This document shows, piece after piece, positions 50,307 through 63,452 of a DNA stretch of 64,000 bases. The DNA is from Octopus sinensis. Lineage: Eukaryota. Made by a program: the position numbers and the translations under genes. Within the stretch, counting starts at the first letter, position 1. The number at the start of each line of letters is the position of its first letter. Under the pieces are notes generated by a model. It searched no databases, was not told the DNA's origin, and saw only the letters and a list, made by a program, of their open reading frames with translations. The stretch is taken from positions 72,602,001 through 72,666,000 of the forward strand of contig NC_043001.1 in NCBI RefSeq assembly GCF_006345805.1, given 5' to 3'.

Positions 50307-50940
50307 CAGGGTGCAGTGGATAAAGTGTGACCATTTTATATTTTAATTTCACGCATGCGCATTGTTTGTTTTTGATTTTGTCGACTACACAGTATAGTAA
50401 AGTCAGTTGGGAACCGTCTGTGAGAAAAACAGCACCATAACGCAATTCACTCAGCCAGAAATTTGGAAACGACATACTGTACTGCTTGGTATTCGTGCCG
50501 GGAGCTCCAGTACGAACGTTTCAGAGTGTTTGGGTGTCAATCTGAGGACAGTGCAATCTAAAGACATGTACCGAGAGTGATCAAAATCAAGCATCCAGTC
50601 AACATCATGGTGTTTGGAGTGATCACTAGTGATGGCGACTTTATGCCACCATTCGTCTTCCCACACGACCTCAGACTCAATACTGAGGCCTACATCAAGT
50701 GCCTGGAGGAGGTAGTGCTGTCCTGGGTCAAGAGGGTGGCTGCTGGAACACCCTATGTCTGGCAACCGGAATCTGGACCATGCCACGCAAGCATGAGAAC
50801 CCAGTTATGGTTGTCAGACAATTTTTGCAACCACATCACCCCTGGCCACCTAACTCCCCAGACAGCAACCCCCTTGATTATTATGTGTGGGGCGCAATTG
50901 AGTGAGAGACCAACAAAACTCCCTGTAACACCAAAGATAA
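50307..50940 (+). mobile_element. Tc1/mariner (maT/DD37D-like) transposon, internally deleted, 3' end missing
   Basis: TA|CAGGGTG start; KHPVNIMVFGVITSDGDFMPPFVF, YVWQ, WPPNSPDSNPLDYYVWG. Confidence 0.85.
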
Positions 50941-51983
50941 CAAGCGGTTCGGCAATCGGTTCCGACAGAATTAGTAGCAGGCTTTAAAAGAAATAAGTAT
51001 TGGGGTCGATTCATTCGACCAAAACTTGCTCAAAGAGATGTCCCAGGATGGCCGCAGTCTAACAACTGAAACAAGTAAAAGGTAAAGATTTTTATTTTGA
51101 AATTTAGTATTTTTTTCGTCATTTTGTATTTTATCTCAGACATTAGATAAAATGCATAATTTTTCATTATTGTGTATATGCCATACTTCCTGGTATTACT
51201 TGTGGTGGCAAAAGTTACTCGTCATATGACGATTGACATTCTAATATAGAGAAATAGATCTAAAATGCGTAGGTATTTCGTCCAACTTTTTTCCATTTAT
51301 GAATACAGGGTAAGGAGGATAGGAATGAAATTATGGAAATCAATAGGGTTAATTCCTAAATAATCGATAAAAGAATGATGACGAGTAAAAACGAGGAATA
51401 TGAAAGAAAACAGATAAAATAATGAAAATTATTTTACATATAAAGTATATGCAAAACTTTAGATATAAAAACAGGCAACCATATATATTGTAAAATATAT
51501 ATGTTTTGTTGTATCCACAAAAATTATAACCATTTTATCGGTGAAGATAAGAATGTTTTAGAACTTAAAAACGGCAAAGAAAATGCGATTTTCCTATCTG
51601 AAAGTAATAAAAGAAGGTTAGCTTCAAGAAATCCAATAAAGAACTGTGATATAGAGAAGAGAAAATTGGGAGAAAGAGAGAAGAAAATATAATTGATTAT
51701 GTTATGTTATTCCGACACATAACAGTTGAAGTGAAGAATGTATAAAATATTATAGTTAAAATTTGTGAATTGAAAATGTTGGAGGATAACAGGCAATAAA
51801 GAAAGAGTTCAATTTAGAAAATAAGAGTTTAAGTGTTAGTTAACCATAAGCAGGACTTAGACCGGATTACATTTTAACCAATGATTTAAGCCATTACAAA
51901 TAGTTAGAAAAAGAAAAACTTATTTCCACTTTGAACAAGAATGTAGAGAGATACAGTTGACAGAGTCAATCGGACTAAGATCT

Positions 51984-52028
<45 letters not shown>

Positions 52029-52193
52029 TTTCTTCTCCTGCTCTCTGTTCACACAGGCACACACATACTTACACTTACATACAAATATACAGATACGTAC
52101 ACACATACACACGTACGGATATGTCAAATAAGAATGATTGAAAAACATTTCAATTCAATAAGAACGCAATAGCGCATAGAAATACTGTCTCGA

Positions 52194-53440
52194 CAGGGTC
52201 TTGCAGATAAATTGAGACAATTTTTACGATGCATAATACTGGTTATAAATACTAAAATAATGGTAGTAGACAGATATAATTTTAATGTAACATTTATAAC
52301 GATAGGAACATTTATCACTCAGTATAGCCGCGCTTTTGGGCAATTACTACCTCCGCATGAGAACGAAACTTTTTTGCAGCTGCCGCAACCTCCACCTTTT
52401 TGATTTTGCACCTCGCACGCACCGTGCAGCTCATCAAACTGTTGACACTCGAGTGTGGTGAAGCATTGGTCCTTGCTTGAAGTATACTCCATAAAAAGTA
52501 ATCGAGAAGGTTCAGATCTAGGCTATTACTGGGCCAGATGTTGGCCCTCACAAAAAAATGACACCTTCCAACCAAGAAAAGCCTGTGTTGCTTTTGATCC
52601 ATGGCATGGTGCAGAATCCTAGATAAGTACCACATTGTCAAGCCCAAACTCCATCCAAGGTAATAGAGAGTTCTTCAGAATGTCCAGATACTCCTTTGTG
52701 CTGATCTTCAAGCTAGATTCAATGAAGTGTGGATTCATGACACTTTCATCCCTCGCCATGTCTCCAAATACCTTCAGAGTATTTCTTAGTCAGTCTCAAA
52801 CACAGGGGAGACGTCAGAAGAGTTGTATGCAATCACTCGAGAAGTTCTACGATACACCTCAGCGTCCACAGTGAAATTCTTGTCCACAAAAGCGAGCGTT
52901 TTTCCTGTATTTTGATGCTTGAGGAATGACAAGCTTTGGGCATCTATTTTGGGCTCTGATTGCTTTGGCCTTGGCTGTTAGGAGGTGACGGCGTCGTTGA
53001 ACATAGCTAGTCATGTCAAGTTTCCTATTCACAGCTCCGGACACCGTAGAAAGGGACACATGACAAAAGTTGTCATGGATGTGAATGGGTTGGCTTCAAT
53101 CGAGCTTTTGAGGTCAGCAAAAAACTTTGGATTTTGCATAGAATCACTTCGTGTCTTGTGTTCTCTTCTATCAATCTTTTCCTCTTTAAATTCTTTATAC
53201 ACACGATAAACTGTTGCTTTTGAAAGTTTCGTCAATTTAAGAATCTTATTGGCAATGTACCCAGCGCGCGCAAAAACAACAATGGTGGAACGATTATGCT
53301 ATCCCATACTTTCTGTTGTCGAATCTGTTCACTATTTATCTGAAAAATAAAGAGGAGGATTAGATTTTCAAGCAAGGTTTTGTGAAAAAATGAAATGCTC
53401 AACTGATTAAAATTGATCTCAATGTATCTGCAAAACCCCG
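52194..53440 (-). mobile_element. Tc1/mariner (maT-like) transposon, TIR to TIR, decayed
   Basis: TIRs cagggtcttgcagataaattgagacaattt / aaattgatctcaatgtatctgcaaaaccccg|TA; LSKATVYRV, WPSNSLDLNLLDYFLWSIL. Confidence 0.85.
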
Positions 53441-53914
53441 TATAGGCGAACTGGCCGAGTCGTTAGAGCATTGGATAGATTGCCATGTATTAATCGTTCT
53501 GGTTGTTTGGGCTTAGAGTTCAATTCTCGCCAAGCTCAGTTCTGTCCTTCATCCTTTTGAGATCGATAAAATGGTTTCGTACTGGGGTATATTCTTCTCA
53601 TTTTGCCTGTCTATTTATGTTGCTGGGAGAAATCTGCCCTGATTAGAACTAGAGAGGGATGGCTCCGCTAGATCAAGAGTGCCCAAGTTATGCTCGTGTG
53701 TCCCAACTATTTCCATGACTACATCAAGGAGTGGGAGCAAAGCATGGTAATTGTTTCTAACACAATGTATGTGTAATTAAAAAGAATAGATGAGATAACA
53801 TATCGGACCTTCCATGTATGACTGGGGTTAAGACGTTCGATTCGCAACTTCATGGTTTGGAGTTCAATACTCTTGTGTGACACCCTAAGCAAGATCTTTT
53901 GCCATAGCCTCCGC

Positions 53915-54200
53915 TGTGAGACGGAAGTGCGTTCAACGGGTTCCTTCCAAAGGGTGTCGTGCGAAACAGTGTTGGGTGGAGCGTTTAAAAATCTCCAATT
54001 TCCATGATGACGTCTGGTGGAAGTGAGCTGGCGATATGTGCCATCCGGATTGTATCACTGATGATCCACTTCGCAATGAACTGTGTGCTTCAATATGTGC
54101 GAACCAAAAGTAAGTTCGTGCGCCTACGATGGTCGTAACTTTAAGGTAATCGCTGAGTAGCCGCCATATCTGCAGATGAAGAAGGCTTTGATGCTTCGTG
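53915..54200 (-). mobile_element. Gypsy gag N-terminal fragment
   Basis: Frameshifted LP..YD..WFAHIEA|QFIAKWIISDTIRMAHIASSLPPDVIMEIGDF..PPNTVSHDTL, matching the WF.Q.E.QF..LP.EV..E..D pattern. Confidence 0.6.
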
Positions 54201-55225
54201 CATTGGGTGAGACATAGATAGGTCGGAGTACTTGTAGAAAGTTTTATTGTTGTGCAGATTGCATGATTCACCAAGGTTGCTTCATGTGACTTGTGAGGTG
54301 TAACAAGTTGATAATTCCTGGATGTATTGATAAAATTGATGGAAGACGGTCTATACTTATCACAGATATTTGTACATACCCTCGGCAACATCATTTGTGA
54401 TACAGTTTGTCTCATTTTCTTTTGTTTTCTCTATAACCTACACAAAAACAAATAGTGTTGAACTTTTAGTATAAATATTAGTATGATAATATTGCATTTT
54501 GGATAATCGTCATTTCATGTAGTCTTAGCTCGATCCATACCTTGTGAGTAAAATTGGGTAGATGGAAATTGTGCGGAAGTCGTAGGGTAGGTTGTAGATG
54601 TAACTGCAATGGTACACCCTTGTCACACAATCTATGTTTTGCGGATTCTGTCCAGAAATCACAGCAAGAATATACATTTCCGTAGAATACTCAGCCACAG
54701 TGAACAATCAATTCGGTTGATCGAACAACTGAATCTTCATCGTCGAAACCGATGGAAATCCTTTCACGGCTTTACTTAATTAACATGTAGGAATTTAGCC
54801 AAAGCTTGGTAGTCATTATCAAATAATATACCATCATATTTTACACCACCATCAAAAAAGTATTCTTTTCTTCTTCTGAAGTTGAAAAAAAAAAAAGAAG
54901 AAAAATCTACGGAGGCGTGAAAAAGAATGTTTGGAAAAGTTAGTTACGTGTAACAATGTTGATATTTTTTTATCCAGTTGCATGATATCATTTATCACAC
55001 TATCACATGTTTAGATAAGATTTCGTATCATGTTACTTCAGAATAATTTCGAAATGTTTTCAGAAAACGATACATCAACCAAGTTAATAATAATTGCAAG
55101 TTAAAGAATCACAAGTCACATGATATACATCGACCCAACAACGTGCGGACGCTAGAGATAAATTTAAATCTATAGTCGTATTAAAACCTAATATTTAGGA
55201 GATTTTTCACATATGTATAAGAACA

Positions 55226-55277
<52 letters not shown>

Positions 55278-55489
55278 TATTGCTAAATAATATATAGAAT
55301 GGTAAAATTTTCTGGCAGGTTCTGTTAAAAACAAAAATCTCCATTAGAAGAGAAAAAATGGCTTTATGATTATTGCAAATCTAAATTTGAAAAATATCGA
55401 ATATATGTATATATATATAAGTTTCCTCTAGAGAATACTAATAAAATAAAATCAGTAAAAGAGACGAATATATATATAACATAATAGTA

Positions 55490-56075
55490 ATATTGCTAGT
55501 TTCAAATTTTGACACAGATCCAGCAGTTTATGAAAGGAGAGGGAAGGTGATTACATCGAACCCAGTGCTTAACTGGTACTTATTTTATCTGTCAGACGAA
55601 ATACCACTAAGCATTTTGTCCGCCGCCTCAGATAATGAGAATCCTTTCTATTTTAGTATTTTAGGCACAAAGTCTAAAAATTTAGGAGAGGGGGTGTCGA
55701 TTATTTCGATCCCGGTGATCAACTAGTACTTATTTTATCGACCCCGAAAGGCTGAAAGGCAAAATCGACTTGTCTCTAAGCATTTTATCCGGCAGGTTAA
55801 CGATTTTGCTAGCTCACTACTTTAATAATAATAATAATTATCATAATAAGCCGTCCTACAAAAGGCACAAGGCTTGAAATTTAGCAGGGAGGGGACTAGT
55901 CGATTACATCGACCCCAGTGTTTCATTGGTACTTAATTTATCGACCCCGAAAGGATGAAAGGCAAAGTCGACCTCGGTGGAATGTGAACTCAGAACGTAG
56001 TGGCAGACGAAATATCGCTAAGCATTTCGCCCGGCTTTCTAATTCTGCCAGGTCGCAGCCTTCATAATAATAATA

Positions 56076-56113
<38 letters not shown>

Positions 56114-56129
56114 AATAATAATAATAATA

Positions 56130-56227
<98 letters not shown>

Positions 56228-56420
56228 CAATCCCTTCAATTATAGGCACAAGGCCTGAAATTTTGGATGTGAGGATAGTCGATTACATCGATCCCCTAGT
56301 ACTCTACTGGTACTTGTTTTATCGACCCCGAAAGGACGAAAGACAAATTCGCCCTCGGCGGCATTTGAACTCAGAAGACGATATGCCACTAAGTATTTTG
56401 CCCGGTTTGCTAACAATTCT
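55490..56420 (-). mobile_element. Four family-B SINEs in the same orientation, separated by TAA-rich tracts
   Basis: Core tacttattttatcgaccccgaaagg, or variants of it, at about 55575, 55730, 55930 and 56310. Confidence 0.8.
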
Positions 56421-56529
56421 GGCACTTGGATTTTTGGTCTTCCCCGCCAAAGATTTTTGACCGTTAGGCCTTCAAGTCAGCAATCATGTGTTAAATTCCA
56501 TTGTTATTGTCTGGGAAGAAAAAATATTT

Positions 56530-58230
56530 TGGGAGAAATATTCACCTTATAGATAATGAGCCTGAAAACACGTCAGTTCAGCAGGTGCCATAAATTGATT
56601 GCAGAGCAATTCAATGCATTGACTGAAAGAGAAAAAGAAATCCTGGGCTGGTTGACAAAAGGACGAACGGTGTTGTGTCTGAAGGATGCATTAAAAGGAA
56701 ATGCTGCCGAGAGTTACAGGCCAATTTCCTGCCTCCTATTAATGTGGAAACTAATGTAAGGAGGAATTACAGAAGAGCTGTACAAATTTCTTGATCAGAA
56801 CGATATTTTACCGACGAAACAAAAAGGTTGTAGGAGGAGATGCAGAGGCACAAAAGACCAATTATTGATAGACAAAATGGTAATGCAAGATTGTAAATGA
56901 AGGAGAAAAAATTTGGAAATGGCCTGAATTGACTATTGGAAAGCTTATGACATGATTCCACTTTCGTGGATCATCGAGTACTTAGGTTTGTTTGGAATTG
57001 CGAGGAATGTAACGTTTTCTGAAGAGAAGTATGGTGGGGTAAAAAACTGAGTTGACATCCTACAGAAAAAGCTTGGGCATCATAGGCATCAGAAGAAGGA
57101 TTTTCCAAGGTGATAGCTTACTTTCGTTGCTTTTTCTTCTCTGCATTATCCCTCTGACCTTGGTACTTAGGAAAATGAACCTGGGATATCAGCTAAAGGG
57201 AAAATCTCATACAATCAACTACCTCCTCTTCATGGGTGATTTGAAGCTGTATTACAAGGATGATGTACAAGTGAGTTCTTTGGTGAACATGGTCCACTGT
57301 TTTAGTGCCGATATTAGAATGGAATTCGGAGTCAAGAAGTGTGGTATAATGTACCTGAAAAGAGGCAAGGTACAGCCCCAAGCAGGGATAGAATTACTTG
57401 ATAGAGAACTGTTTAAACAAATTCAACCGGAAGGCTACAAATACCTTGGCATAATAGAGTTCAACGAAATCATGGAGAAGGATATGAAAGAACAACAGAG
57501 GATGAAGACTAAGATTGGTGTTGCGCTCAAAATTGACCGACTGGAATAAAATTCAAGTAGTTAATACATAGGCGATAGCATCACTTCGGTATGGAGCTAG
57601 AATCATAACATGACAAAAAGAAAGAACTGATGAACATGGATACGAAGCCATGAAAAATATTGACAGTGCATGGAACCTTCTGCTCTAAGAGGGACACCGA
57701 TAGGCTGTACTTGTCCAAAAGAAAGGGTAAGAGGTTTGATCAGTTGCTAGGTTTGTGTTGAAACAGAGAAAAACAGCTTCAAATGGTATGTAAAAAATAC
57801 CGCATAACCATTGTTGAAACATGTGAAGAAGCCCGACGTCGTTTAAACTAAGAATTGTGTAAAGAAAGAAAAAATACGAAGGTTGTGGTCAATAAGTAAA
57901 GTAGGCATTATATCAATAGTAACTTGCGCACTTAGAAGAATCAGCACTCAATTACCAACATGGCTCAAAAAGATTGCTGCAAATGTAAAGGTAGAACATC
58001 CACAAAAATCAGCATGGAGAATGTACAGCCCCAAGCAGGGATAGAATTATTTAATAGAGAACTGTTTAAACAAATTCAAGCGGAAGGCTACAAATTGCTT
58101 GGAACTGCAAGAATTCTTCGCAGTGTTCTTGAAGTATGACCAGTAAAAAAATGGGACCTTAGTCTACTGGTTATGGGCAGCTGACACTTTCCATCATAGC
58201 CCCCAAAAATAAGCTGAAAGTTTTCCTCAC

Positions 58231-58231
<1 letters not shown>
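56530..58231 (+). mobile_element. R4/Dong-clade element, decayed and internally deleted, ending in (TAA)n
   Basis: GWLTKGRTVL, SYRPISCL, QKGCRR, IFQGDSL, LLFMGDLKLY, YKYLG, QKSA..LLGTARILRSVLEV*. Confidence 0.85.
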
Positions 58232-58306
<75 letters not shown>

Positions 58307-58618
58307 CGACGACGACGATGGTGGTGGTGGTAGTGGTGGTGGTGGTGGTAGTGGTGGTGGTGGTGGTGGTGGTGGTGGTGATGGTGATAGTGATGGCGAT
58401 GGTGATGGTGATGACGATGATGATGATGATGATGATGATGATGATAATGATGATGATGATGACGACGACGATGACGACGACGACGAGGACGATAACAATA
58501 AGAATAACAATAATAATAATAATAGGGTGTGCATCAAGAGTGAAAGTAGAAGCATGGCAGAATATTCGGTAAACAGCAAACAAGACCTGTTACAACAAAA
58601 GTGGACTTGAGAATGCTC

Positions 58619-58676
<58 letters not shown>

Positions 58677-58692
58677 TAATAATAATAATAAT

Positions 58693-59197
58693 GGGCTACA
58701 GTAAATATTCTGCTCAATACCACAGTCTTGGTATAAAAGATGGGCTACAGTAAATATTCTGCTCAATACCACAGATTTGCTTGTCAGTTGTTTGACCTTA
58801 ACCAGTTGAGCATGTCCCTTAGTGGCTGATGATATGTGCATCTCTGATCACAAGCAGATGTAGTGGGGGAGCATCATAGCCATGTGTTGAGAGGGATTCT
58901 TTGAGGTTTGAATAATTCACCTCTGGAAACATGGGTGGTTCTTTCAACATCCTTAAACAACCCTTACTCAGGGACCTTTTGAGCAGGATGGGTTACTCAA
59001 CCTGAAGAAAATTCTAACTGGGCCCCACCTGCAAGGTCATGCGCTGTTTATCTTGATATGAGATCACCATGTCGCACACATATGGTTGTGATGCATGTGC
59101 CTAGTGTACCCTTATCAGACGGGTAGTCATGATGGGTATACTGGGCTTCGTATATTTTACCCGTGTCACTTTGATGGCATGCACTGCTCTCTCACTC
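58693..59197 (+). mobile_element. TAA-resident non-coding element, copy 2
   Basis: gggctacagtaaatattctg...gcactgctctctcactc, flanked by (AAT)n. Confidence 0.75.
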
Positions 59198-59201
59198 AAT
59201 A

Positions 59202-59285
<84 letters not shown>

Positions 59286-59298
59286 TAATATAATAATA

Positions 59299-59329
<31 letters not shown>

Positions 59330-59834
59330 GGGCTACAGTAAATATTCTGCTCAATACCACAGTCTTGGTATAAAAGATGGGCTACAGTAAATATTCTGCT
59401 CAATACCACAGATTTGCTTGTCAGTTGTTTGACCTTAACCAGTTGAGCATGTCCCTTAGTGGCTGATGATATGTGCATCTCTGATCACAAGCAGATGTAG
59501 TGGGGGAGCATCATAGCCATGTGTTGAGAGGGATTCTTTGAGGTTTGAATAATTCACCTCTGGAAACATGGGTGGTTCTTTCAACATCCTTAAACAACCC
59601 TTACTCAGGGACCTTTTGAGCAGGATGGGTTACTCAACCTGAAGAAAATTCTAACTGGGCCCCACCTGCAAGGTCATGCGCTGTTTATCTTGATATGAGA
59701 TCACCATGTCGCACACATATGGTTGTGATGCATGTGCCTAGTGTACCCTTATCAGACGGGTAGTCATGATGGGTATACTGGGCTTCGTATATTTTACCCG
59801 TGTCACTTTGATGGCATGCACTGCTCTCTCACTC
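59330..59834 (+). mobile_element. TAA-resident non-coding element, copy 3 (tandem duplicate of copy 2)
   Basis: Same ends as copy 2 at an offset of 637 bp, with shared variants. Confidence 0.75.
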
Positions 59835-59838
59835 AATA

Positions 59839-59873
<35 letters not shown>

Positions 59874-59882
59874 ATGATGATG

Positions 59883-59933
<51 letters not shown>

Positions 59934-59975
59934 TCTCGTCTCGGGATGCCCTGTACTGTCACCAGTACAGGGCAT

Positions 59976-60226
59976 TTGAACTCAGAACGTAACGACAGAC
60001 GAAATATCTATTTCTTTACTACCCACAAGGGGCTAAACACAGAGAGGATAAACAAGGACAGACAAACGGATGAAGTCGATTACATGGACTCCAGTGCGTA
60101 ACTGGTACTTAATTTATCCAACCCGAACTGATGAAAGACAAAGTCGACCTCGGTGGAATTTGAACTCAGAACGTAACGGCAGACGAAATACCGCTAAGCA
60201 TTTCGCCCGGCGTGCTAACGATCCTG
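59976..60226 (-). mobile_element. Dimeric family-B SINE, partial
   Basis: Same spacer as 12661-13050. Confidence 0.8.
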
Positions 60227-60229
60227 CGC

Positions 60230-60900
60230 ATTGTTAGTGCTTGTGAAAGTCTTGCACAGAAAGAGTACAAGCGCAGACACGACTAGGTCGCCCAAAACCT
60301 TCACTGGCTACTATGCCAGAAGTATGGATACAAGGTAACGGATGCTTGGTACCAACATACACCGGAAAAGGTAATGGACGAAAAGGGGAAGGCAAAAATC
60401 CTCGGGGACTTTGACTTCCAGACAGACAAGGTATTAGAGCACTGAAGGTCAAATATAATTACCTTTAGGAAGGCCAAATAGGATTGCTTAATAATCTACG
60501 TAGTAGTGCCAGGAGATCAACTTTTTATCATGAAAGAAAGAGAAAAGTTTGATAAATATGGAGACCTGAGAATTGAGATCGCCAAGATGTAACAGCTCCG
60601 AGAGTTAAGCATAAAGGTTGTCCCTATTGTCATCGGAGCATTGGGTTCAATACCACCCAACCTGAAAAAACATCTGGAAACTTTAGAAATATCCTACAGT
60701 TTCGGTGTATTGCAAAAATCGATATTACTTGAAACTGCACTCATATTGCATAAAGTACTGTCCCTCTTTACACGCATATTGCGTAAAGTACTGTTTTAGT
60801 TCCTTGTTGTGATTTGACAGACAGTACAAACACCCAGCAGACTCAATATCTTCAATCAACAGCATCGCGATATTGGTTACTGTGCGACATCTTAAATAAT
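60230..60900 (+). mobile_element. R4/Dong-clade C-terminal fragment (RLE) plus 3' UTR
   Basis: HIVSAC..EYKRRHD..LHW..KILGDFDFQTDK..EKFDKYGDLRIEI..VVPIVIGALG..LQKSILL; ends taaataataa. Confidence 0.85.
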
Positions 60901-61582
60901 AAGTATAACTGCAACGACGCACAAAGGCTTACAGTTTATTTGTCAAACGAACAAACAGCGAATAACAAGTTCTACATTTGTCCGTGCTTCTAACAACAAA
61001 CGGGTTTTTGAATATGAATATCCTGGCTAAGAAAACATCTATTTAATATTTTGCTAAAATATAATGTTTCTTTGCCGGATTTTTTCTTCCACATGAATGA
61101 AAGACAAGTCGCATCGTTAAAAGCGAGGCTAGTTTTCCTCATGTTCTCAAATTAACAATTAGAGGTAACATTGACTGATGCGTAGAGTATGGAGCGATAT
61201 CTCATCTTTAGGTCAAAGGAAGGACTACTGGACCATATACAGTAACATACATCTTATCCGGCTTCTAGAAATCTGGAAATGCTGTGCAATACCTTGCAAT
61301 ATACTATATTGAGTTGGTTAATTTGCGTGCGGTGTGTTAAAAATAGTTTGGCTCTCTACTTGTTTATGCATGATAAAAATTAAACATATTCTGCCTTAGA
61401 AGTGTATTAATTTGCATCTGTATGTTAAATATAATATATTATTCACTTTTCTTCGTTTAATTTTCATCCTGTAAGCATTATTTTGTATTCATGGTACAGT
61501 ATGACATATTTTAAGAATTTTAAGTGGATTAATGCATATATTCAACAGACCCTGCTTTGGAAATGTATTAATTTGAAATGAA

Positions 61583-63452
61583 TTTATATATATAAAACAG
61601 ATGTCTGTGTCTGCTGATTATGCATTTCCACATTTTTCAACTGATTTCGCTCAAACTTTATACCCTGATAGCTTATGTTCCAAGGGTGGTCATGATCTAC
61701 TTATATTTCCAGACCCCCGCGTATAACAAAGAAAAAAGACGCGTAAAACTGTTCAGCAAACCAATTTTTTTGTCCATTATTCCCTGGTTTTGCGAGCGAT
61801 TTCCTCCAAATTTGACAAGAACATTACTCATGACATAAGAACTGTTTTGTTTAAAATTTTTGTCAAGGTTATCCGCGTCAACAGTGAAAAATCTGCGAAT
61901 AACTACGTAAAAATCGGTTTTTGCCAATAACTTCCGCAGTTCCAAAATCGATTCGCTCCAAATTTGGCAAGAATATTTAATACCCAAGCTTAATTAACTG
62001 TTTTAAACTAATGGTTTGTCAAGTTTATTCACATTAAATTTGCAATTTACTGGATTAAACTTTATTTTTTACTTACAACTTCTGCCGTTTACTCACGCGC
62101 CAAGGACTTGTGGGACAGTTTTACCTCACTGATTTGGTCTGTGTACATTACTGCTTACTTAAACCCCTCTATTATCGCCTACGGCCATGATGCCTCTCCC
62201 ACTTCAGCCTCTTATTTGGTGTGAATGACTGCTTTTACTGCGACCTTATTGTTTACTCTCCCCCCCACCACCACCACCATTATCGCCGACGATCATAATG
62301 CCTCCTTTTCACGATCATTTCCCTTAATGACATTATGTCAATGGTCTGCCAATAAGGGGTGAACTGCGAACATGACTTTTGACCTATGCGCGTGAACACT
62401 ATTGATTGCCCACTGTAATGAGCCTGTCCAATTAATTCTTTGAGTGAATTTCATTGGTGGAACACGGTTCATTTGATCATGCCAATGTCAAATCGTAATT
62501 ATTGATGCGCTTTTGTGCATATCTGATACGTGCTTCGGCTTACGACGTACATTATTGCTTTAACTTAATACTTTCTGTTGAAACTTTTCGTTGTCTTCAT
62601 ACTCAGTTAAGCTAATTCCTTCATACTGTTGAGCCTGCCAGTTTTTAGCTTATGTGTCGTTAAAAAATATTGTATTCAGTGTCTTTGTATCCACATAGCT
62701 AACTGTCTGTCCCTGCTTCTGGCCTTTTTTTTTTAATAATACGTTTAGTAGGTTCACTTTTTATACATCGTGCCAAATAGTTTTTCAGTGTCCCCTTTTG
62801 CCCGTTTTTTAAAACTCACAATTTAAACATAGTCCAATACTATCGCCATGCCAGCTAAGAAAGAACGCGCCTTCGTCGTAAAACAGAGTATTCTTCGGCT
62901 GCCAAAAGAAGAAGGGTGAGCAATGTTTCTCTGTCGGATGCCACAGAGTCGGAAGCAAACCAGATCTATTCGTAGTTTCCACTAATGGCAAAACGAAAAA
63001 TGTGGTCTAAAGAGAGGTGTTGTAGGCACTTCACGCGCCAACTGCTTTCAAATTCGCAAACCTGGGTGCCTCCACTACACCAGTGTGGCGCCGTGAGTGC
63101 TACTGTAGTCATGCTTACAAAGTTCCTCAACCATGTTTCTTTTCCTTTGTCCAACCTAGGTTTGTCATCTGTTTTCACATAGTTTCACATTTCACAGCAA
63201 CAGTTACTGCTGTGAGAACGACAAAAAAGCCATTTTCAGGGCTACTTCACCCGTGATTGTTACACCATCTGAGAACGCATTAAAACTCTTCTCAGGACTT
63301 CGTATCAAATTGTTACCACTTGGCTTCAGCGGTACCCGGCGACCAATTTTGTTACAATTTAGAGTTAACATTATTTATGACATAGGGAATTTACTAAGTA
63401 TCAAAAACATTGTAGTATTTGAATCCCGAGCAACGCCGGGTACTTCTTTTAG
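61583..63452 (+). mobile_element. Non-autonomous Helitron, about 1.87 kb
   Basis: 5' A|TTTATATATATAAAACAG (TC decayed); 3' cccgagcaacgccggg hairpin plus ttag|T, related to 18297-18676; degenerate internal repeat of about 150 bp at 61760-62035. Confidence 0.6.

Noticed and set aside
55490-56420. Repeated units with spacers as a CRISPR-like array
   Set aside because: The units are SINE copies of about 200 bp in eukaryotic DNA with irregular spacing.
58824-58935. CTGATGA ... GAAAC inside the TAA-resident element as a hammerhead
   Set aside because: The motifs are about 100 nt apart with no plausible stem II or stem I.
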